A DNA stretch of 54,385 nt, taken from positions 1 through 54,385 of the forward strand of contig NW_027449238.1 of assembly GCF_964194025.1 (NCBI RefSeq), given 5' to 3'. A program made the translations under genes and the position numbers. This DNA comes from Convolutriloba macropyga (lineage: Eukaryota). The notes under the pieces are model-generated. The model was not told the origin of the DNA. It was given only the letters and a program-made list of their open reading frames with translations, and did no database searches. Shown in pieces: positions 20,026-32,300 of this stretch. Positions within the stretch are counted from its first letter, which is position 1. Each line of letters begins with the position of its first letter.

Positions 20026-21221
20026 ACGAACCGCAAATTTATGCGGACCGAACGCGTCGGCTAGTAAATCTTGTAGTAGGCAGATCGAGGCAAGGCGGAC
20101 CAGTACCATACCATACCCGATGGGACGTAGCGGTAGCCTTAGGCGGGGTCAGACTGCATGTCCACCGTGTCGGGGTCCTTCTTCAGGGGGAATTAGGGAT
20201 GTAAGCACCTAAAGGAGTTTATCACATTAGATTTTACAGGAATTGGAGGATTCGAGTGCTAAATTTATCTGTCCAGGTCGGGCACCGGCCAAGGCCGCAG
20301 CACAGCGATCATCCGCGACCAGACAGGCCAGATACTCTTACCAACTGTCCCGATAAGCAGCAGAGCGGCGGGGCTACGCCTCAATACTCTGCGAAGGGTT
20401 TCAACTACACTCTCCGGGGCAGGACGGGACTCAAAAGGCCGGGTCAGGGCTTGTCTGACGGCGAAAAAAGTAGGTGAAGGGAATCCAAGGAGTCAGTCAG
20501 GTCGCTGCAGGGGTCGGAGGGTCTGAGGCGGACGGGGCAGCGGCATCCCGAAAGAGAGAGCCTTCAGTTCTTTCTGTGTCGTCAACCCCGCAGCTCTCTG
20601 CTGCTCTGACATTCTTCCAAAGCTGCTGCGGTCTCTCCAACCTCTTCATATTGCTCGTGGACGCCCCCTCGTTACTTTTGACGGTGAGAGACCACCCTGC
20701 ACAGACGAAACCCGCACTTCTCGGCCGCTTTGACGTGAGACCGCTCCGCTGGTGCTTCCGACAAGCGCCCCTGACTGTTTCCTCTCTGACGACACTTTCC
20801 GACACGATCACGACCTCGAAAAGATCGACACGCCTCGGATCTGGTAGCTCTGGCCCCCAGCTGCTCAACACGACCGAGATTCTCAATTTTGGCCGACGGA
20901 CGGCGGAGTTCTAGCTCGTGTCCGCGGCGTAGTGGCGGTGGCGGCGCTGAGTTTAGCCTGACGACATTTCCGCCGGTCACCGCGGCCGGACGGCGCTCCG
21001 AACCTTCGCCAAATGTGCTGGAACGCATCGGAACTGGTAGCCCTGAGCTGTCCGACACGACATAGATTCTTCGTTATGGTCACCGGACGGCGGAGTTCTG
21101 ACCTGATTCCTCGGCGGTGGCGGCGGTGGCGCCGTGTTCCCCTTGCGACTACCCGCAAAGCTCTGCGGCCCGAGTGCAGCTGGAACCCATCTGGAAGCCC
21201 AGAGCGTCAGCTTCCTGACAC
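19750..21221 (-). pseudogene. Degenerate CRE/SLACS-like non-LTR RT relic; its 5' part is low-complexity and is cut by copia copy 3
   Basis: Minus strand LIP(fs)LKKD..LRPIGYGMVLVRLA..KFAV...GTDMIQW..SNAFSSVSRDTI fits CRE-clade RT motifs 1-3; extent beyond ~20300 is uncertain. Confidence 0.65.
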
Positions 21222-22206
21222 TGTCGTGCAGGACGAGTACAGGTACTGTATGGGTACTGCATTGTGTTGTACTGATCTGTACTGGTACTCGTACTAAATT
21301 GCAGATGCGGTGCTTGTAGGGTACGATACTCGTACGTACCATACAGTACGGTACCGATATGCATGTGTGCTGCGTTGGGAGTAGTTGTGTGTAGTTGTAC
21401 TCGTACCAGTAGGGTACGTTTACATGTCGCTAATCACTCTGACTAAAGTACTGTAGGGTGAATACTGCAATCTCCGGAGATGGTGAGATTATTAGCAGTA
21501 TTAGAGACCGTACGATCTACATCGGATGGTCAGGAGTGTCTGTCAGTGAAACTGCAAGTCAAGAGCCTGTAGGCTAAGTAGGATACTCAATATAAGCGGG
21601 TGCTGAAATTGTGTAAACCATCTTGATTTGTCACACACACACTCACATACTTCAGCAGGTTATGGGCCCTCTACTCTCCACTACGCTATACTTCTGACTA
21701 CAGCGAGACTTCTTGGAGACTTCCTGACTTCGAGGCTTCGAGACTTCCTGACTTCGAGGCTTCGAGACTTCCTGACTTCCTTCCTTCGAGCCTTCTTCTT
21801 CAGACGTATCTTACTGTGGAGAGCTTCGACTACGAGTGTGTGGAGCTGTCGACTTCGTGATCGAGATCGAGATCGAGTGTTTTCTTGCAAGTGCTGCGAG
21901 TTGTGCAGCTGGGCAAGGAGTGGCGACGAGCACGAGACCTGCTGTCTGTGGTTACTCGTCTGCCTGTGTTTCTGGGCGGTGCTGCGTGTCGAGTGCCTGC
22001 CGATCTGTGCGTGAACCCTGCCTTGTCGGCCCTGTCGAGCGTGGAGACGTCTTTCCGAGTGGCGTTCCTGTTGCTGTTGTTCGGCCTGTTGGCAGTGGCG
22101 CTACTGTCCGTGACCGCGAGTATATGCACGTGTTTCGGTGCCTATCTGCTGCTCTCCGACCTGTCGACCGATCTTGTTTCGTCAGCCTGATTCTCCTCGC
22201 GACATC

Positions 22207-25200
22207 ATGGCCGAGACCGTGAAGGTGCCGACGTTTTCGGGCAAGGCCGCCGACTTCCCTGTCTTCCGAACCAAGTTCACTGCTTACGCCGACGCTCTGG
22301 GGCTCGGAGGTGTGTTGGACTGCGAGGACGACGTCACCACGGCCCAGCAGAAGCGGCTCTACAGCCTGCTGGTCCTGGCCCTGCCTGAAGCTGCCCTCCA
22401 TGTCATCCGCAAGGTCGAACGCAAGTCTGTCACTGCTGGCAACGATGCGTGGGAGGCCCTGCTGCACCGCTACGAGCATGACGGCATCCACCGGCGCGGT
22501 GACCTGCTGAACGCCCTGGATGAGAAGCAGCGCCCCGAGGAGACCTGCATGGACTTCTTCAACCGCCTCGTGGATCTTCAGGCTCAACTTGGGCGAGTTG
22601 ATGAGGAGGTGCCAGATCGCCGCCTGGTGATGAACATCATCCGAGGTCTGCGCCCCGAATATGCCGCCATGACCGACACCATCAACGAGAGAGACTCTGC
22701 GGTGACAGTGGAGTTCATGGAGACCCTGCTGGCTACCACTGGACAGCGCATCGAGCGCCGCCTGGGTGAGCAACGCGAGCCTAAGCCTGCTGCTACAGCG
22801 TTTCCTGCGTCTGGTGAGGAGCCCGAGGATCTGCGGAGCATGATGCAGAAGCTGAAGCAGGAGGTGGCAGCTCTGACAACCTCCAGACGCCGCAACGGGG
22901 GAGGCATGGAGTTCAAGGGCGCCTGCTGGCACTGCGGCGAGTCTGGACACCGTCGCAAGGACTGCCCCAAGAAGAGCGCTCCCAGCGCCAATGCTGCGGA
23001 CCTGGAGGACTCCAAGGCTGTGGCGTTTCCTTCAGTGGCTCTGTCTGGCACGGGCTCCAAGTTGGCTTCACTGGTGCAGGGCGAGGTGGAGACCTGGATG
23101 TGGCTGGTGGTCAGTGGCGCCAGTCATCACATGACCAGCGTACGCGAGGACTTCGTCGAGTTCCGACCCATTCCACAGCAGTGGGTGAAGGGCATCAGCG
23201 CCTATGCTACAGGCATGGGATCTGTTCGACTTACGATGCGAGCCGAAGATGGGCAGGTGGTTCCTGCTATGCTGCACGACGTCTACTTCGTGCCGGACCT
23301 GGCGGCGAGAGCGATGAGCAGTCACCACCGCCTCTTCAGCGTCACTCAGGCCAGGCAGCGCGGCCATCGGATGGTGTTCGAGGACCCGTGTGATGTGCTG
23401 TGTGTGCATGAGAGACACGGAGGGGGCATTCGAGTGCCACTGCGGCGTGACTTCGGGCTGGTGTGGCTGGCTGCTGGCATGACCACCCGCGGTGCCGCCG
23501 TCTCGGCCTGTCCTGCAGCAGCCCCGCCAAGTAAGCCCCTCTGGCACCTTCGGCTTGGTCATCTGAGCGAGTCGTGCATGGACCGGATGCGGCGCGCTGG
23601 AGCTACTGGCCTGACCTTCGATGCTTCGGAGCGGTTGTGCTTCTGCGAGTCGTGTGCCGTCTGCAAGTCCCGAGTGAAGGCCATTCCGCGGGAGCCGTGC
23701 GCAGATCCGGAGCGTGTCTTCCAGCAGGTTGGCGTGGACTTCTGCGGGCCGATGACTGTGCCAGCGCTAGGAGGCGGGCGGTACAGCTTCTTGGTGACGG
23801 ACTTCAAGTCGCGCATGCTGCTGCATGATGTTCTGCGGACCAAGGACGAGGCGCCGAGATCCTTCCGAGGTGTTCTGGACGCTGTGCGCAAGCTTGGGCA
23901 CAGAGTGGGGCATGTTCGCCTGGACAATGACAGCGTGCTGCTGGGGACCGACTTCATGACGGTGCTGCAGGAGCATGACATCACCCATGACCTCATCGCG
24001 CCGTACTCACACTGGCAGCACGGCCGAGTGGAGCGTCAGTGGGGCACCTTGGTGCCGATGGCCCTGGCGATGCTGCACACTGCAGGCCTGGAGAAGTGCT
24101 TCTGGGGCCTGGCCATGAATGCCGCCGTCCACATGCGCAACCGATCTTGGAGCGAGGCCGCTGGAGGACCGCCGCTTGAACTCGTGACCAAGTGCCCAGT
24201 GGATCTCAGCCGTCTGCGTGTCTTCGGGTGCCCTGCATATGTCCACATCGACAAGTCTCGTCGGCGCAAGCTGGACGACCGCGCGTGGAAAGGCATCTTT
24301 GTGGGCTATGCTGCAGACTCGCCGGTGTGGCTGGTGTACAACCCGCGAACTCGGCGAGTGGAGCGCAGCCGCAACTTGGACTTCGATGAGATGGCGCTGA
24401 TGGGATCCGTCAGCGTGGGGGAGAAAGCGCCGTCTGCTAAGGACGATGACGGAGTCCCAGTGTTCTTCGAGGAGCCTAGGGAGCGCTCTGGCGGCGACAC
24501 CGATTCGGGGGAGCCAACTTCGCCTTCATCTGCCTCGGGGGAGCCAAGTCAGGCACTACAGGAGTCGGGGGAGCCAAGTCAGCCTGCTGGTGAGCTCCGC
24601 CGCAGCTCGCGCGCCAGACAGCCGCCGACTGAGTGGTGGATCAGCCAGCCTGCTGTCAACCTTGCTGCTGCTGCCGGAGCCGTCCCTCATCAGGAGCCGG
24701 CCTCGTACAAGCAAGCGCTGCGGAGCCCGCAGGCTGATCAGTGGAAGGCTGCCATGGAGACTGAGTACGACGCGCTGACGTCGCGCAAGACTTGGCGACT
24801 GGTTCCCCGACCTGCAGGACGCAAGCTGGTGGACTCCAAGTGGGTCTACAAGCTGAAGCGCAACCCTGACGGCAGTATCGCCAGGTACAAGGCTCGGCTT
24901 GTGGCCCGTGGCTTCACCCAGGAGCACGGCGTGGACTACCAGGAGACCTTTGCCCCCACGGTGAAGGTGGCGGCCATCCGAATCATCCTGGCGTTGGCGG
25001 CACACTTCGACTGGGATGTGGAGCAGATGGACGTGGTGACAGCCTTCCTGGAGGCCGACATCGCCGAGGACATCTACATGAGGCAGCCTGAGGGATACCG
25101 CCAAGTGGACCAGCATAGCGAGGAGCTGGTGTGCAAGGTGTTGAAGTCCATCTACGGGCTGAAGCAGGCTCCACGCAACTGGAACAAGACTGTGTCGGCG

Positions 25201-26132
25201 TGGTTGGTGGAGTATGGCTTCAAGCAGTCGACTGTGGACCCGTGGATCTACACCTTCGCTGCTGGTGGAGACCTCTACATCCTGGCTCTGTATGTGGACG
25301 ACAGCATCATGGCGGGACCGCCAGGCAGCTTCATCTCCGACTTCAAGCGGGCGTTTGGCAAGCGCTTCAACGTGCAAGACCTGGGGCCGGTGTCTTGGCT
25401 ACTGGGCATGACCGTGGAGCGTGACCGAGCAGCTGGAGTCCTCAAGGTGGGGCAGCGTCAGTACATCCTCGACATGCTGGAGCGCTTCAACATGTCGGAC
25501 TGCAAGCCCGTCAGCACTCCCATGACTGTGGGTGCTCTGAGTGAGGCAACTGCCAGTGAAGTGCTGTCCCCAGATGTGCCGTATCAGAGTCTCATCGGGA
25601 GTCTGCTCTACGCATCAGTCAGCACCAGGCCAGACATCACCATGGCCGTCAGCCATCTCAGCCGGTACATGGCTTGTCCTTCCACTGTACACTGGGAGCA
25701 AGCCAAGCGAGTGCTTCGGTACCTGCAGGGCACTCTAGACTGGCAGCTGGTGTATGGAGCCGATGAGTCCACGGCGACCTTGACAGGCTACTCAGATGCT
25801 GACTTCGCTGGAGATGCAGACGGACGACGCTCTCGCACCGCCTTCGTGTTCCTGCTGAATGGCGCGGCGGTCAGCTGGAAAAGTCAGCGGCAACCCACAG
25901 TGGCGCTCTCCACTGCCGAGGCGGAGTACATGGCTCTGACGGCTGCAACTCAAGAGGCTGTGTTTCTGAGGCAGCTGTTGCAGGAGATGGGGCAGCCTCC
26001 AGCATCTGGCACACTCATCCACGAGGACAACCAGAGCTGCATTGCCCTCTGCAAGAACACCATGACCACTGGCAGGAGCAAGCACATCGAGGTGAAGATG
26101 CACTTCTGTCGTGAGAAGCAGGAGAGCGGCGA
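22207..26132 (+). pseudogene. Copia Gag-Pol of copy 3: protease DSG changed to VSG, and RNase H tail separated by the insertion (remainder 35910-36024)
   Basis: WLVVSGAS; ...KQESG then transposon then EIVVDYCP...GSSE stop. Confidence 0.93.
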
Positions 26133-26331
26133 CACGACAAATCAGAATTCCAAAAATAGTACATTTAAGAACCCCAAAATTGCTCAGACGCCACCCACCC
26201 TCCTGTGTCCAAATGATGTCCAATTGGCATCCTGAAAATTTTGTCCAGAAGCTGAACATGTTAGCTTGGACACTGTGTAATTTGATTTCAAATCCCCTAC
26301 GTCTGTTGACTGCGACCGGTCAATTTCCGAG

Positions 26332-29300
26332 ATGTGCAATCGCACGATCAATTGCGATGTGCAATCGATCACATCATCAACACCACTCACCGAACACCAA
26401 TTGTCGATCATCATGCCGACTCGAACGAGGACTCCAGACGAAGAATGTGAATCTCCACCGCCTATGCCTGCTGTCGATGCACGGCGGGCCGAAATCTGGG
26501 TGTACGCCAAGAACATCCGTGCTGGATGGGCCCGCACGCATGCGTTGATGGGCCATCAACGCGTCACAATTGCGACACGCGATGACAGCATCTCCGCGTT
26601 GGCCAGGCAGCTTCATGACTTGAAAATGGAGGTGGAATCTGTTAAGCAGACACGGAGGAGTGACCTCGCAGCTGCGCGCACGGAGAGGAACCGACTGCGG
26701 CGTCAATTGGAGGCCGCGAAACAGCTTGCCGACGAGTCGTCGGGTCGCCGCACCGGCCAGCTCCTCGCCAACGCTCGCGAGCAGATCTCTCGATTAGAGA
26801 CCGACCTCGAGGCAGCTAAAGAACAGGCCGACACTGTCTTGAGGGAAACTCGGAGCCAGTTGCGTGGAGAGCGGGATGAGGCAGTACGGCAGCTTGTTGA
26901 GGCGAAGGAGGCAGCCCGCCGAGCCGAGGCGTCGGAGGCCAGCTTGCGAGCTTGGCACAATCTGGATGGGCGGAACCGACCCAGAGCTGGCCCTGCAGCA
27001 GATTCCAGCTCTCAAAGCGTCTACAGATGCAATGCCAGGCTGGTAGAGGACCTGAGGCAATTCATGGACGAGAAATTCGAAGGTGGTCATGAGGGGGAGG
27101 TCGCTCGCATGGCAGTGGTGGCATACCTGAAATCCAAGCCTGGTATAGCCTCATGTGTTGTCTCACAGCTCGGACTCAGGGAGCAGGTGCAGGCAGAGTT
27201 CATATCCATCCTGAAGGAGCATTACAACGTCGAAAACTGTGCAGCTCTTTTCATGCACGGCAATCTAACGCATGCGGGCTACCAGGCTATCTCGAACCTG
27301 ATGGCTGGTGTGTGGGACAGCGTGGACGAGAAGTTTGTTAGATTGATGGCGCCTGATGGGAAGACACCTATCCCTCGCATGGCGTCTCTGCATGTGCTGC
27401 TGGATTACTTCAAGAAGTGTGCAGAGGAGTTTGGTGTGGAGTCTCTGCACGAGGGACAAGGAGGAGCGCTGAATATCCAGAGGGTTCTGCAGTCTCAGGT
27501 GGAGTACTTACTGAAGGACGCCGAGCCGGAGAGTATCCCTCAGCAGATCCCTGTCCAGTTCGCCGCTGACTCAGCAGGCTGGAGTAAGAAGCCGACCGAC
27601 AAGATCATGAAGAACTTCACAGCTCTTGTGGTCAGGCCGATCCTAGGGAAGGCAGGCAGGAGCGACAGGGTGGGGGACACTGTCAACAGCTGTCACAACA
27701 ACAGGCTAGCCGCTCTGTACGCCGGGAGTGACAGCCATCACCTGATGCACAAGTTCCTCAACACCAGCAACACCTCGTCAGGGCAGATGGTGCTCACCTT
27801 GAGGCAGCAGATGGAGCAGCTCGCAGCCAACAGCCTGCACACATCTCAGGGTGTCATAGGAGTGCTGTGGAGACTTGGCGGTGACCTTAAGTTCTTGGTG
27901 GAGTCCATGGGGATTAGCAGCAATGCTGCCACCTACCCCTGCCATCAGTGCACCTGCCACAAGGACCACATGTGGAGGCTGCCTGAGGACTTTCCCTTGG
28001 CAGAGGTGCCACAGCCTCGAACCTACCAATGGATGCTGAAAATGGCCCATGCTTTCGGAGAGGAGGTAGGCATCACTGAGCCGTACGTCTGCCCAGGCTG
28101 CAACAGGGAAATATCAGCAGAGCAGCGGCACCAACCTGTGACTCGAGAGGAGCTGCGGCAGTATGGCTTGGACAATTTCTCCCATGTTTGGGGGAAGCTA
28201 CCACTGACTGCCATCGAGCCAGAGGATGCAGTCCCTGATGGGTTGCATGGCTTCCTGAGGACTGTTGAAGTATGTGAGTGTGTGTGTGACAAATCAAGAT
28301 GGTTTACACAATTTCAGCACTCGCTTATATTGAGTATCCTACTTAGCCTACAGGCTCTTGACTTGCAGTTTCACTGACAGACACTCCTGACCATCCGATG
28401 TAGATCGTACGGTCTCTAATACTGCTAATAATCTCACCATCTCCGGAGATTGCAGTATTCGCCCTACAGTACTTTAGTCAGAGTGATTAGCGACATGTAA
28501 ACGTACCCTACTGGTACGAGTACACACGTACAACTACTCACAACGCAGCACACATGCATATCGGTACCGTACTGTATGGTACGTACGAGTATCGTACCCT
28601 ACAAGCACCGCATCTGCAAAATAGTACGAGTACCAGTACAGATCAGTACAACACAATGCTGTACCCATACAGTACCTGTACTCGTCCTGCACGACACTCC
28701 CCCTCGCTACTCACTCGAGCCCATCACGCTCCTGAACAGCTTCTTGTGCCTCTCTCCAGCCAGCGGCTTGCTCAGACCATCAGCCAACATCTCCTCAGTC
28801 GGGCAGTAGTCAACCACGATCTCGCCGCTCTCCTGCTTCTCACGACAGAAGTGCATCTTCACCTCGATGTGCTTGCTCCTGCCAGTGGTCATGGTGTTCT
28901 TGCAGAGGGCAATGCAGCTCTGGTTGTCCTCGTGGATGAGTGTGCCAGATGCCGGAGGCTGCCCCATCTCCTGCAACAGCTGCCTCAGAAACACAGCCTC
29001 TTGAGTTGCAGCCGTCAGAGCCATGTACTCCGCCTCGGCAGTGGAGAGCGCCACTGTGGGTTGTCGCTGACTTTTCCAGCTGACCGCCGCGCCATTCAGC
29101 AGGAACACAAAGGCGGTGCGAGAGCGTCGTCCGTCTGCATCTCCAGCGAAGTCAGCATCTGAGTAGCCTGTCAAGGTCGCCGTGGACTCACCGGCTCCAT
29201 ACACCAGCTGCCAGTCCAGAGTGCCCTGCAGGTACCGAAGCACTCGCTTGGCTTGCTCCCAGTGTACAGTGGAAGGACGGGCCATGTACCGGCTGAGATG

Positions 29301-32300
29301 GCTGACGGCCATGGTGATGTCTGGCCTGGTGCTGACAGATGCGTAGAGCAGACTCCCGATGAGACTCTGATACGGCACATCTGGGGACAGCACTTCACTG
29401 GCAGTTGCCTCACTCAGAGCACCCACGGTCATGGGAGTGCTGACGGGCTTGCAGTCCGACATGTTGAAGCGCTCCAGCATGTCGAGGATGTACTGACGCT
29501 GCCCCACCTTGAGGACTCCAGCTGCTCGGTCACGCTCCACAGTCATGCCCAGTAGCCAAGACACCGGCCCCAGGTCTTGCACGTTGAAGCGCTTGCCAAA
29601 CGCCCGCTTGAAGTCGGAGATGAAGCTGCCTGGCGGTCCCGCCATGATGCTGTCGTCCACATACAGAGCCAGGATGTAGAGGTCTCCAGCAGCAGCGAAG
29701 GTGTAGATGCACGGGTCCACAGTCGACTGCTTGAAGCCATACTCCACCAACCACGCCGACACAGTCTTGTTCCAGTTGCGTGGAGCCTGCTTCAGCCCGT
29801 AGATGGACTTCAACACCTTGCACACCAGCTCGTCGCCATGCTGGTCCACTTGGCGGTATCCCTCAGGCTGCCTCATGTAGATGTCCTCGGCGATGTCGGC
29901 CTCCAGGAAGGCTGTCACCACGTCCATCTGCTCCACATCCCAGTCGAAGTGCGCTGCCAACGCCAGTATGATTCGGATGGCCGCCACCTTCACCGTGGGG
30001 GCGAAGGTCTCCTGGTAGTCCACGCCGTGCTCCTGGGTAAAGCCACGGGCCACAAGCCGAGCCTTGTACCTGGCGATACTGCCGTCAGGGTTGCGCTTCA
30101 GCTTGTAGACCCACTTGGAGTCCACCAGCTTGCGTCCTGCAGGTCGGGGTACCAGTCTCCAAGTCTTGCGTGACGTCAGCGCGTCGTACTCAGTCTCCAT
30201 GGCAGCCTTCCACTGCTCAGCCTGCGGGCTCCGCAGCGCTTGCTTGTACGAGGCCGGCTCCTGATGAGGGACGGCTCCGGCAGCAGCAGCAAGGTTGACA
30301 GCAGGCTGGCTGATCCACCACTCAGTCGGCGGCTGTCTGGCGCGCGAGCTGCGGCGGAGCTCAACAGCAGGCTGACTTGGCTCCCCCGACTCCTGTACTG
30401 CCTGACTCGGCTCCCCCGAGGCAGATGAAGGCGAAGTTGGCTCCCCCGAAGTGGTGTCGCCGCCAGAGCGCTCCACAGGCTCCTCGAAGAACACTGGGAC
30501 TCCGTCATCGTCCTTAGCAGACGGCGCTTTCTCCCCCACGCTGACGGATCCCATCAGCGCCATCTCATCGAAGTCCACGTTGCGGCTGCGCTCCACTCGC
30601 CGAGTTCGCGGGTTGTACACCAGCCACACCGGCGAGTCTGTAGCATAGCCCACAAAGATGCCTCTCCACGCGCGGTCGTCCAGCTTGCGCCGACGAGACT
30701 TGTCGATGTGGACATATGCAGGGCACCCGAAGACACGCAGACGACTGAGATCCACTGGGCACTTGGTAACGATTTCAAGCGGCGGTCCTCCAGCGGCCTC
30801 GCTCCACGATCGGTTGCGCATGTGGACGGCGGCATTCATGGCCAGGCCCCAGAAGCACTTCTCCAGGCCTGCAGTGTGCAGCATCGCCAGGGCCATCGGC
30901 ACCAAGGTGCCCCACTGCCGCTCAACACGGCCGTGCTGCCAGTGTGAGTACGGCGCGATGAGGTCATGGGTGATGTCATGCTCTTGCAGCACCGTCATGA
31001 AGTCGGTCCCCAGCAGCACGCTGTCATTGTCCAGGCGAACATGCTCCACTCTGTGCCCAAGCTTGCGCACAGCGTCCAGAACACCTCGGAAGGATCTCGG
31101 CGCCTCGTCCTTGGTCCGCAGAACATCATGCAGCAGCATGCGCGACTTGAAGTCCGTCACCAAGAAGCTGTACCGCCCGCCTCCTAGCGCTGGCACAGTC
31201 ATCGGCCCGCAGAAGTCCACGCCAACCTGCTGGAAGACACGTTCCGGATCTGCGCACGGCTCCCGCGGAATGGCCTTCACTCGGGACTTGCAGACGGCAC
31301 ATGACTCGCAGAAGCACAACCGCTCCGAAGCATCGAAGGTCAGGCCAGTAGCTCCAGCGCGCCGCATCCGGTCCATGCAAGACTCACTCAGATGACCAAG
31401 CCGAAGGTGCCAGAGGGGCTTGCTTGGCGGGGCTGCTGCAGGACAGGCCGAGACGTCGGCACTGCGGGTGGTCATGCCAGCAGCCAGCCACACCAGCCCG
31501 AAGTCACGCCGCAGTGGCACTCGAATGCCGCCTCCATGTCTCTCATGCACACACAGCACATCACACGGATCTTCGAACACCATCCGATGGCCGCGCTGCC
31601 TGGCCTGGGTGACGCTGAAGAGGCGGTGGTGACTGCTCATTGCTCTCGCCGCCAGGTCCGGCACGAAGTAGACGTCGTGCAGCATAGCAGGAACTACCTC
31701 CCCATCTTCGGCTCGCATCGTCAGTCGGACAGATCCCATGCCTGTAGCATAGGCGCTGATGCCCTTCACCCACTGCTGTGGAATGGGTCGGAACTCGACG
31801 AAGTCCTCGCGTACGCTGGTCATGTGATGACTGGCGCCACTGTCCACCAGCCACATCCAGGTCTCCACCTCGCCCTGCACCAGTGAAGCCACCTTGGAGC
31901 CCGTGCCAGACAGAGCCACTGAAGGAAACGCCACAGCCTTGGAGTCCTCCAGGTCCGCAGCATTGGCGCTGGGAGTGCTCTTCTTGGGGCAGTCCTTGCG
32001 ACGGTGTCCAGACTCGCCGCAGTGCCAGCAGGTGCCCTTGAACTCACTGCCTCCCCCGTTGCGGCGTCTGGAGGTTGTCAGAGCTGCCACCTCCTGCTTC
32101 AGCTTCTGCATCATGCTCCGCAGATCCTCGGGCTCCTCACCAGACGCAGGAAACGCTGTAGCAGCAGGCTTAGGCTCGCGTTGCTCACCCAGGCGGCGCT
32201 CGATGCGCTGTCCAGTGGTAGCCAGCAGGGTCTCCATGAACTCCACTGTCACCGCAGAGTCTCTCTCGTTGATGGTGTCGGTCATGGCGGCATATTCGGG

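Noticed and set aside
26133-26235. Novel C-terminal tail on copia copy 3 Pol
   Set aside because: It is read-through into the DNA transposon left end.
28263-28377. C-terminus VEVCECVCDK... of the 681-aa ORF as part of the transposase
   Set aside because: It is read-through into the inserted LTR; the real continuation is at 33725.
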